51,595 nucleotides of DNA from assembly GCA_038125285.1 (NCBI GenBank), contig JAYPDO010000008.1:1-51595 (forward strand), in the 5' to 3' direction. The first letter of the stretch is position 1. Each line of letters starts with the position of its first letter. Below are positions 17,391 through 24,679 of the stretch, one piece after another. The translations under genes were made by a program, and so were the position numbers. The notes below the pieces were generated by a model that was not told where the DNA came from, did not search any database, and saw nothing but the letters and a program-made list of their open reading frames with translations. The DNA is from Opitutia bacterium. GTDB lineage: Bacteria > Verrucomicrobiota > Verrucomicrobiia > Opitutales > JABJCN01.

Positions 17391-19088
17391 TCACATGGCT
17401 TCGCCGAGGATTCCGGCCAACTTTTTGGAGGCTTTCGCACCTTCGACATATTTTGCAATCGTGACCCTTTTTCCTGAATGCAATTCCGCCACCACTTTGT
17501 AATAGTGTTTGCTTCCGGAGCGCATGGAGGAATACAGGTCGAAACCCAGGATTTCTTCCCTTGTGATGTCGAACTTTTTAGGTAGTGGAAACCAACCGCG
17601 TTCAACGTGGACGCCTTGCCCATCCACCTGGATGGATGAGGATTGGAGGAAGATGTCCACGGCACCCAAAAGCGAGAAGAAACCTATCAGTGCAACAGGG
17701 AATAGGATCCAGGCCGTATGCACAAAGAGAATGCTCAGTGAGACAGCAATCCAGATTAACGCGAAGAAAAACAGGCCGAAAACCGCTCCAAGGTTACGGA
17801 ATGGCCGTACCTTAATCCGGGTCGTGCCGTCTACACCCTTGTCGATATGGATGCCTGCCTTCTTCAGCGGTTCGGATTCAGCGACAAGATTGGCTAACTT
17901 TGGCTTGCCCCCGGTTGGTTGCCCCCGGCTCTCTTTGGTCTTGAAGACTGGCACCTCAAAGTTCGCCTTGTAATCGACACCGGGGATCCTTGCGCTCGAT
18001 AGTAGGTTCCAGGTCACTTTGCGGTGGCCTTGGCAAACCGTGTTTTCCGACTCATGCGGGATCTGGAAATACACGGGAATGGCCATCTTCCCGTCGATCT
18101 CCCCAAGTTGGGCGGCATCAAGGTTTTGGCTGACTTCATAAAGGGTCTCTACGTCGTCCGGGTCGTCGCCCCTGGATATGCTTACTTGGCAGCATAACCG
18201 CAGGTCAATCCCTTCATCTGGGTAGAACCGCTTTTCAATGAGGATTGCACCCTCCAATGCCCCGCCGATTTCCCCAGGGTTGTGAAGCATGTGGAAGTGG
18301 CTCGCCCCATACTTGTTACGCCGGAGCACTGCCCGGATTGCAAAGGCCGCGATCAATATCCCAATGGCCGGGATAATCATCCCTACCCATGCCCAAGGAT
18401 GCCCGGTATAGATTTTCCAAGGGCAAACAACCCAGAGGGGGATGCAGGCCATGTTCCAATAGGCCATGATGAAGATGGGTAACCGGGTGTCGTTTCCATT
18501 GGAAGGATCGACGATGCCTTCCAGCCATCCCCGGTTCCATTTCCATGGCTCGTCCGGATGGAGTTTTTCCAGTTCCGAGGAGTCCTTCAGGTCCTTGCCC
18601 CAAATCGCCGCTGCAACAAGCCCCCCGAGCCCTACCAACCCAAAAACTTCTGCAAAGACAGTGAAAAAGGCCAGGAATTCCCAGCGCAGGGTGCGGTCGA
18701 GGATCGCCTCGGAAGGCTTCTTTGGGTTAACGTAACAAGGCAGGGGTTTGCGGGAGCGTTTGTGCTTCCCCAATTTATTACCTAAGTCGTCTTGGTAGCT
18801 TCCGAAGTTGTCTGAGGCTTTATAGAGGCTTACGTTCTTTGACTGATAGGTTTGGCCCTGCCATTGGTATTCAAAAGTGCCTGTCGCTTTTCTGGAATCG
18901 TCCCCACGGACGATGGACGCTTCCAGTACTGTCGCAGGGGTTTCTTTCCAAGTTTGCGCCTTTGCCCAGTTGGCCAGGGTCCAAACAACCATGCCCAATG
19001 TCCCGATGCCACCAGCGGCGAAGGGCAACAGGAACAGGATGGCACACCCGATGCCGCCCGAGGTCTTGGATTTGATCCTTTTGGCCAT
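17391..19088 (-). CDS. DUF3592-like multi-pass membrane protein
   Basis: 565 aa. An N-terminal TM is followed by TWKETPATVLEASIVRGDDSRKATGTFEYQWQGQTYQSKNVSL (DUF3592 pattern). There are several further TM segments and a C-terminal TM pair followed by a small soluble domain. The gene starts 13 nt after the uxuA stop. Confidence 0.75.
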   Translation of the reverse strand: MAKRIKSKTSGGIGCAILFLLPFAAGGIGTLGMVVWTLANWAKAQTWKETPATVLEASIVRGDDSRKATGTFEYQWQGQTYQSKNVSLYKASDNFGSYQDDLGNKLGKHKRSRKPLPCYVNPKKPSEAILDRTLRWEFLAFFTVFAEVFGLVGLGGLVAAAIWGKDLKDSSELEKLHPDEPWKWNRGWLEGIVDPSNGNDTRLPIFIMAYWNMACIPLWVVCPWKIYTGHPWAWVGMIIPAIGILIAAFAIRAVLRRNKYGASHFHMLHNPGEIGGALEGAILIEKRFYPDEGIDLRLCCQVSISRGDDPDDVETLYEVSQNLDAAQLGEIDGKMAIPVYFQIPHESENTVCQGHRKVTWNLLSSARIPGVDYKANFEVPVFKTKESRGQPTGGKPKLANLVAESEPLKKAGIHIDKGVDGTTRIKVRPFRNLGAVFGLFFFALIWIAVSLSILFVHTAWILFPVALIGFFSLLGAVDIFLQSSSIQVDGQGVHVERGWFPLPKKFDITREEILGFDLYSSMRSGSKHYYKVVAELHSGKRVTIAKYVEGAKASKKLAGILGEAM

Positions 19089-19101
19089 GGATTTTCCCAG
19101 C

Positions 19102-20034
19102 CTACATTAACGCCCGCAAATACCCTGCTGCGAAGAGGCGTCCCAGCATTTCGTAACCGGGGGTCTCGTTGGTTTCCCCGGCCATGGATGGGGCGTGGTC
19201 CGGTCGGAGGGCCCCGGAGAACCCGATCCCGCGCAAGGCACACATGATGGCGTGGAGGTCGAGGTCGCCGTTGTCGTGCCAGGTTTCGGTGAATTTTTCT
19301 GCTGTCCCCCGGATGTTTCGGATATGGGCAAAGACGATGTACGGGGCAAGGCGTTGGATCCCCATGACCAAGTCTTCGCCTGTCGGACCCAGCGAGCCCG
19401 TGCAGTAGCAAATTCCGTTGGCCGGGCTGTCGACCAGTTGCACCACCTTTTCGTAGGCTGCGTGGTTGGTGATGATGCGGGGTTGGCCTTGGAGTATGGG
19501 CAGGGGCGGGTCGTCGGGGTGGAGGGCGAGCTTGATCCCCGCGTCCTCGCAGGTCGGGACGAGTTCGTTGAGGAATCGTTCCAGGTTGTCCCAAAGTTCT
19601 TCGGCGGAGGTAACTTTCTCCGGCCTGCCGTCCGCATCGGTGGGGTTTTTGCCGGAGATTTGGGTTATGTCGAAGGCGGTTACCTTGGAGCCCCCACGTT
19701 CCGTTGCTTCCGCGGTCGTCCTGTGCCAGTCTTCATTGGGCATCCAATTGTAGCACAGCACTTCCATCCCAGCCTCTCCCATGTTGCGTACGAGTTTTTT
19801 GATCGTTTCCATTTCCTGCTCCCGCCCAGGGAGGTTGTGGACGTTTTTCAAATGGGGGAGTTTGCGCTCAACATGGGTCAACCGCATGCCGAATGACTCG
19901 ACCATCCGCTTGGTTTCTAGCAGGGAGGCCAAATCCGTACCGGGATAGGGGATCACGATGTCTTCCACCCCTACTTGGGCTGCGAGCTGGAGGTTCCGTC
20001 CAGAAAACGGATTGACGATCATGGAAAGACGCAT
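19102..20034 (-). CDS. uxuA: mannonate dehydratase
   Basis: VLCYNWMPNEDWHRT, LALHPDDPPLPILGQPRII, YCTGSLG, FAHIRNI, RPDHAPSM and PGYEMLGRL match conserved UxuA blocks (E. coli: VCYNFMPVLDWTRT, AVHPDDPPRPILGLPRIV, MCTGSYG, FTHLRS, RPDHGHQM, PGYSAIGRL). The start was trimmed to ATG 20032-20034 (MRLSMIV...). Confidence 0.85.
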   Translation of the reverse strand: MRLSMIVNPFSGRNLQLAAQVGVEDIVIPYPGTDLASLLETKRMVESFGMRLTHVERKLPHLKNVHNLPGREQEMETIKKLVRNMGEAGMEVLCYNWMPNEDWHRTTAEATERGGSKVTAFDITQISGKNPTDADGRPEKVTSAEELWDNLERFLNELVPTCEDAGIKLALHPDDPPLPILQGQPRIITNHAAYEKVVQLVDSPANGICYCTGSLGPTGEDLVMGIQRLAPYIVFAHIRNIRGTAEKFTETWHDNGDLDLHAIMCALRGIGFSGALRPDHAPSMAGETNETPGYEMLGRLFAAGYLRALM

Positions 20035-20144
20035 GGCGGAGGATGAAATGATGGCTCGGGAACCTGGGCAAGCAGATTGGGACGGGGTTGGGTTGGAAAA
20101 TGAATCGGCTCGCAATCCCTTGCCGGAGCGCCCATCAAAGGGTC

Positions 20145-22259
20145 ATGCGTATTGTTACCCAATCCCTCGCCCTTGGTTTGATTCTTTTCACAATGACGTC
20201 CCGTGCCTATCCCGGCTCTTTTAAGGCCGGAGCCGTTGTTGTCGATGTGACCCCCAGGAAGTTGCCAGTCATCGTCAATGGTGGGTTCACCTCCAGGAGT
20301 TTTGACAAAGTATTGTCCCCTCTGAGTGCCCGGGCATTGGCCTTCTCCGATGGGAAGACACAGGTCGTCCTTGTCGCGGTGGACAGTTGCATGATGCCCC
20401 GGGACTTACTGGACGAGGCCAAGGCATTGGCCTCGGAAAAGACTGGTGTGCCTACCGCCAACATCCTTATTTCCGCGACCCATACCCACACTGCCGGTTC
20501 CTGCATGGGGGCGCTGGGAACCCCTGCCGACCCCGTTTATCCCCATTTCCTGAAGGGCAAACTGGTCGAGGCCATTGCTGGGGCATTGGGCAAGCTCCAG
20601 CCTGCCAGGGTCGGCTTTGCCAGGGTCAATGCAGCCAAGTACACCGCCTTGCGCCGTTGGGTCCGACGGCCCGACCGTATCGAGCTCGACCCTTTCGGCA
20701 ACCCCACTGTCAGGGCAAACATGCACGCCGGACGCGATTGGGACAACGTGACCGGCGAGTCCGGCCCTGAAGACCCGTGGCTTTCCCTGGTCTCCGTACA
20801 AAACGCCGATGGGAAGCCCCTCTGTGTTTACGCCAATTTCTCCATGCACTATTTCGGAGGCGGCCCCGGCATCCATGCCGACTACTACGGCTTGTTTTGC
20901 GATGGCTTGAAGCAGAAGTTGGCACCCGAAGGGGACTTTGTCGGGATCATGTCCCATGGGTGCAGCGGGGACATTTGGAGGAGGGATTACACTGACCCTG
21001 ATTCCTGGGATCCCAGCTTGACCATGGAAGCCTATGCCGACGCCATGGTATGGATTGCGGCCAAGGCTTTGGAAGATATCCAATACGATGGGTCGGCTGA
21101 TTTGGCCATGGCCGAGAGGCGTCTGGACTTGGCTTACCGCGTACCGGACGCCCAACGCCTTGAGTGGGCAAAGAAAATTGTAGTTGGCTTGGAAGGCCGT
21201 TTGCCCAAGACCAAGGAAGAAGTTTATGCGGTCGACCAAGTCATCCTCCATGAGCGCCAGCGTACGGAAGTCGTCACCCAAGCCCTGCGGATCGGCGACA
21301 TTGCCATCGCCACTACCCCGAATGAGACCTACGCGATCACCGGCCTGAAAATCAAGGCCGCCAGCCCATTGGAAAAGACCATCGTCCTTGACCTCGCTAA
21401 CGGTGGCGATGGTTACATCCCGCCTCCTGAACAGCACTTGCTCGGTGGATACAACACATGGGCGGCAAGGTCGGCAGGTTTGGAACCCATGGCCGAGCGG
21501 AAGATCGCGGAGTCCTGTATTGCATTATTGGAGGAGGTGTCGGGCAACCCCCGTAAATTCCCTGTCCAAAGCAAAGGCCCGGCTGCAAAAGTCATCCTCG
21601 GGTTGGAGCCACTGGCTTATTACCGCATGGACGAGTTCCAGGGGGCACGTGCATTGGATTCCTCGGGAAACCACCGTGACGGGATTTACGAACCCCAAGT
21701 CGCCTACTACCTGGAGGGGCCGCTTTCCACCGCTTTCAATGGCGCAGGGGAGCCAAACCGCTCAGTCATGTTCACTGGAAACCGGATGTGTGCCCACCTC
21801 CCGGAACTGGGTGCCGACTGGTCGGTGTCCCTCTGGTTCTGGAACGGGATGCCCAATGACGGCCGCGAATTCAGCGGCTGGATATTGTCCAGGGGAAATG
21901 GCCATGGGCTAAGTAACAACTCCTTGCACCTTGGGGTCGGTGGGAAAAGTGGATACACAGGGCGGTTAGTCCTGCAAGCTGGGGCAAAGGGCGGCGATGT
22001 GATCCCCGGGCAGACTTCGACACCGCGTTGGGAATGGAAACACCTCTTGCTTTCCAAGTCCGGATCCAATGTCCGGGTTTATCTGGACGGGGAGTTGGAA
22101 ATCTGTGCCAGGGATGTTGGCGTCGGGGCTTTCCAGGACATGTTTTTCGGGGGGCGTAGCGACAACGATTCCAACTGGGAAGGACGCCTGGACGAGATTG
22201 CGGTGTTTGGCCGGGCGCTCGGGCCTGAAGAAGCCCTTGTTCTGGCCGGGAAAAACTAG
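20145..22259 (+). CDS. neutral/alkaline ceramidase-like N-terminal domain protein fused to a LamG/concanavalin-like C-terminal domain
   Basis: The internal ATG at 20145 gives the leader MRIVTQSLALGLILFTMTSRAYP. AGAVVVDVTP...LSARALAFSDGKTQVVLVAVDSCMM...ISATHTHTAGS is the ceramidase-N pattern. The C-terminus WSVSLWFWNG...VRVYLDGELE...GRLDEIAVFGRAL is a LamG-type pattern. Confidence 0.85.
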   Translation: MRIVTQSLALGLILFTMTSRAYPGSFKAGAVVVDVTPRKLPVIVNGGFTSRSFDKVLSPLSARALAFSDGKTQVVLVAVDSCMMPRDLLDEAKALASEKTGVPTANILISATHTHTAGSCMGALGTPADPVYPHFLKGKLVEAIAGALGKLQPARVGFARVNAAKYTALRRWVRRPDRIELDPFGNPTVRANMHAGRDWDNVTGESGPEDPWLSLVSVQNADGKPLCVYANFSMHYFGGGPGIHADYYGLFCDGLKQKLAPEGDFVGIMSHGCSGDIWRRDYTDPDSWDPSLTMEAYADAMVWIAAKALEDIQYDGSADLAMAERRLDLAYRVPDAQRLEWAKKIVVGLEGRLPKTKEEVYAVDQVILHERQRTEVVTQALRIGDIAIATTPNETYAITGLKIKAASPLEKTIVLDLANGGDGYIPPPEQHLLGGYNTWAARSAGLEPMAERKIAESCIALLEEVSGNPRKFPVQSKGPAAKVILGLEPLAYYRMDEFQGARALDSSGNHRDGIYEPQVAYYLEGPLSTAFNGAGEPNRSVMFTGNRMCAHLPELGADWSVSLWFWNGMPNDGREFSGWILSRGNGHGLSNNSLHLGVGGKSGYTGRLVLQAGAKGGDVIPGQTSTPRWEWKHLLLSKSGSNVRVYLDGELEICARDVGVGAFQDMFFGGRSDNDSNWEGRLDEIAVFGRALGPEEALVLAGKN

Positions 22260-23854
22260 CTGTTCCCTTCGGCTCCATTTTTCCTCGGGAATCGGGAGTG
22301 GAGCATGGGGATAACAAGGATGCTAATGAATCCAGCGGTCAGGCAGATCCATGGATTGGTTCCAAAGCCCAATGGAAGGAACCCACAAACCGATGCGACC
22401 ATGGCTGCGGTCAGGGCATACGGAAGTTGGGTTTGAACATGTACAAACGGTTCCAAGTCGCAGGACATGGCGGACACAATGGTCGTGTCGCTCAACGGGG
22501 AACAATGGTCACCGAATACCGCCCCGCTGAACACGGCCGCCACTACCGAAGCCACCATTGCCTCGTTTCCAGGGGCGAGGGCGAAGCACACAGGCAATGC
22601 CAGTGGCATCAGGACGCCCATGGTGCCCCAGGATGTGCCCGTGGTGAAGGACACCAGCACTCCCAAGAGGAAAACGGCCAAAGGAAAGAGTTGTGGGGGG
22701 AGGTTTCCCTTCAAGAGGATGGACAAGTATCCGGAGGCGTCCAGTTGCGATAAAGTGCTGCCTAGGCACCATGCGGCAACAAGGATGAGGCAGGGCGAAA
22801 AGAACCGCTGCATCCCGTCCATAAAGACTTTGCCCGGATCCTGCTTGCTTTCCAATATCGGTGAGGCGTTGCAGGCCCATGCCACAAGGCAAGCGGTGGC
22901 CGATGCGTAGAGCAGGACCAAGTTGGATCTGGCATCGCCGAAGGCTTCTTTCAGTTTCCCAAGGGACAACGGGAAGGCATCTCCTCCAGAACCGTCGATA
23001 TAAAGCCCCGCGAACAAGCAAAATACCAGGGCAATCAACGGGACGGTTGCCCTCCACGCCTGGCCCTGCAAGCCGACGTGCTGGAGGCTTGTTTTGTTAC
23101 CCCCTGTCTTGTCCTCGTGCTTTCCCATCGGTCCGGGGTTCCATGGCTTCCGGATCGCCACCGCAAGGAGCGCCAAGGTGAACCAGCAATAGTAGTTCCT
23201 AGGGATGGATTGCAGGAAGACCGAAAAAGGGTCGTTCCCGACGATACCGGCTTGGGCATAGCCTTCCCGGATCATGGAAAGTTGGTAGGCGATCCAGGTT
23301 GACATGATCGCCACACAAGCCACCGCAGAACTTGTGCTGTCCACGATGTACGCCAACTTTGCCCGTGAAACGCCTGTCTTGTCCGCCAATGGCCGTATGG
23401 CTTTGCCTGTAAGCAGGCTGCTGGCCAGGCCATCGAAAAAGCAAATGGTACCCATTGCGTATGCAGACCATTGCACCCTCTTCCCCGTGTTCCCATTTCC
23501 CCGTAGGAACCATCCCAATATCCCCTCGAAACCTCGTCCGGATTCCAGCAATGCGGCAAATCCGCCCAGTAAGAAGGTGAAGGCCAATACGCTCAGGTTC
23601 CATTCGCTTTGCAGGGACGGTAGCAAATGGTTGGTAAAGAAAGAGGTGGATGCCCTTACCGGTTGGCCTTCACAAAGCAGGATTGAGCCGCACGCCGCCC
23701 CAATCAACAGGCCGGGAAGGGCACTACGGAAAAGGATGACCGCCAGGATAGCTACCAAGCTGGGCCATAGGCAAAGGATTCCGGCCTCCATCCGGGCCAG
23801 GATGAAAGTCGCCCCCAGCAAGGAGAGCGCAAGGAGGGTTTGGGGCTTTGCCAT
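22256..23854 (-). CDS. NhaC-family (Na+/H+ antiporter-like) membrane transporter
   Basis: About 532 aa from ATG 23852-23854 (MAKPQTLLALSLLG...). It is highly hydrophobic throughout with roughly 11-12 predicted TM segments. The NhaC-like family call is by overall pattern only. It converges on the preceding gene with a 4-nt overlap. Confidence 0.75.
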   Translation of the reverse strand: MAKPQTLLALSLLGATFILARMEAGILCLWPSLVAILAVILFRSALPGLLIGAACGSILLCEGQPVRASTSFFTNHLLPSLQSEWNLSVLAFTFLLGGFAALLESGRGFEGILGWFLRGNGNTGKRVQWSAYAMGTICFFDGLASSLLTGKAIRPLADKTGVSRAKLAYIVDSTSSAVACVAIMSTWIAYQLSMIREGYAQAGIVGNDPFSVFLQSIPRNYYCWFTLALLAVAIRKPWNPGPMGKHEDKTGGNKTSLQHVGLQGQAWRATVPLIALVFCLFAGLYIDGSGGDAFPLSLGKLKEAFGDARSNLVLLYASATACLVAWACNASPILESKQDPGKVFMDGMQRFFSPCLILVAAWCLGSTLSQLDASGYLSILLKGNLPPQLFPLAVFLLGVLVSFTTGTSWGTMGVLMPLALPVCFALAPGNEAMVASVVAAVFSGAVFGDHCSPLSDTTIVSAMSCDLEPFVHVQTQLPYALTAAMVASVCGFLPLGFGTNPWICLTAGFISILVIPMLHSRFPRKNGAEGNS

Positions 23855-23981
23855 GGCTTGATTTTTGTTCGGGTGTATGGATCCTACAAGTCCCAAAAAA
23901 GGAAGAGGCTTTGGCCGCCCTGCTGGAAGCCAGCACTTTGGGACGGCCAAAGCCTCATAAGAATAAATATGGACAGAAGGG

Positions 23982-24362
23982 TCAGTTCCTTGACGCAAGT
24001 TCGAGCGCCTTGCGGGCGGCCTTCTTCTTTACCATGTTCCGGGCTTTGGAAGGGGTGACCCATTTGCGGTCACGCTGACGGTGTTCAGGCCAACGGTTCA
24101 GTTCTTTCTTAACCTCCATCGGCCAGAAGAAGATACTGTCTTCTCGCGAAGGACTGTACTTCTTCCCCCTCTCTCCTAAACGCCCAAGAATACCGGCCTC
24201 TTCGAAGGCCTCTCGCAACGCTGTTTTGCGGGCACCGATTTTCTTGATCAAGTTCCCTTTCGGGAGTCCCCAATTTCGGTTTCGGGTCGTGATCAATAGT
24301 ACCTGGACTTTTCCCTTCTTCCTGCGGAAGGGGACGACGCCCCACTTTTTCTCCTTTGCCAT
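23982..24362 (-). CDS. NUDIX hydrolase family protein
   Basis: 126 aa. Near-canonical Nudix box GNLIKKIGARKTALREAFEEAGI (REUxEExGU present; the first Glu position reads Ile). Confidence 0.8.
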   Translation of the reverse strand: MAKEKKWGVVPFRRKKGKVQVLLITTRNRNWGLPKGNLIKKIGARKTALREAFEEAGILGRLGERGKKYSPSREDSIFFWPMEVKKELNRWPEHRQRDRKWVTPSKARNMVKKKAARKALELASRN

Positions 24363-24443
24363 AATGTATCCTCATTTTGCTGTCTCATTTGTTGTTTGTG
24401 TCTTGTTGTCTTCAGCTAGGTCTCACTTAGCTAAAAGGGTGTC

Positions 24444-24602
24444 CTAATAGGCGGGATTACCCGTGACGTCAACGCCAAACCAGCTTGGCGGCTGGAAGGA
24501 TGGGGCTTGGAGCCCGTCTTGGAATTCGGTTTCAATGAGGAGAAGGCCTTCGTTTTCCCCCTCGAAATTGTCGATTTTTGCGACCAGACACCAATCGTGC
24601 AT
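24444..24602 (-). pseudogene. C-terminal remnant of a CYTH-domain (CyaB/ThTPase-like) gene
   Basis: Hand translation: MHDWCLVAKIDNFEGENEGLLLIETEFQDGLQAPSFQPPSWFGVDVTGNPAY*. This matches the CYTH C-terminal consensus (..vFeGel.GLvlaEvEF.s...a..F.pP.WfG.eVTgdprY). The N-terminal ~100 aa, including the ExExK motif, is absent. The frame is open from 24679, directly behind the stop of the 24680-27496 gene. Confidence 0.5.
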
Positions 24603-24679
24603 ACCCTTGCTACGAGGAGCAGGCTTGCCAGGCTGTTTCTTTCAGGGAAAGCTATTGCAAGAACCTCAGAGGAGAGGCA

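Noticed and set aside
18830-19594. A 254-aa minus-strand ORF overlaps the DUF3592 and uxuA genes.
   Set aside because: It is an alternative frame of two genes with recognisable products. The translation is Pro/Arg/Gly-rich and low-complexity, so it is not coding.
20406-21437. A 343-aa minus-strand ORF lies opposite the ceramidase-like gene.
   Set aside because: It is an antisense shadow ORF with no motifs, and the plus-strand frame carries the conserved blocks.
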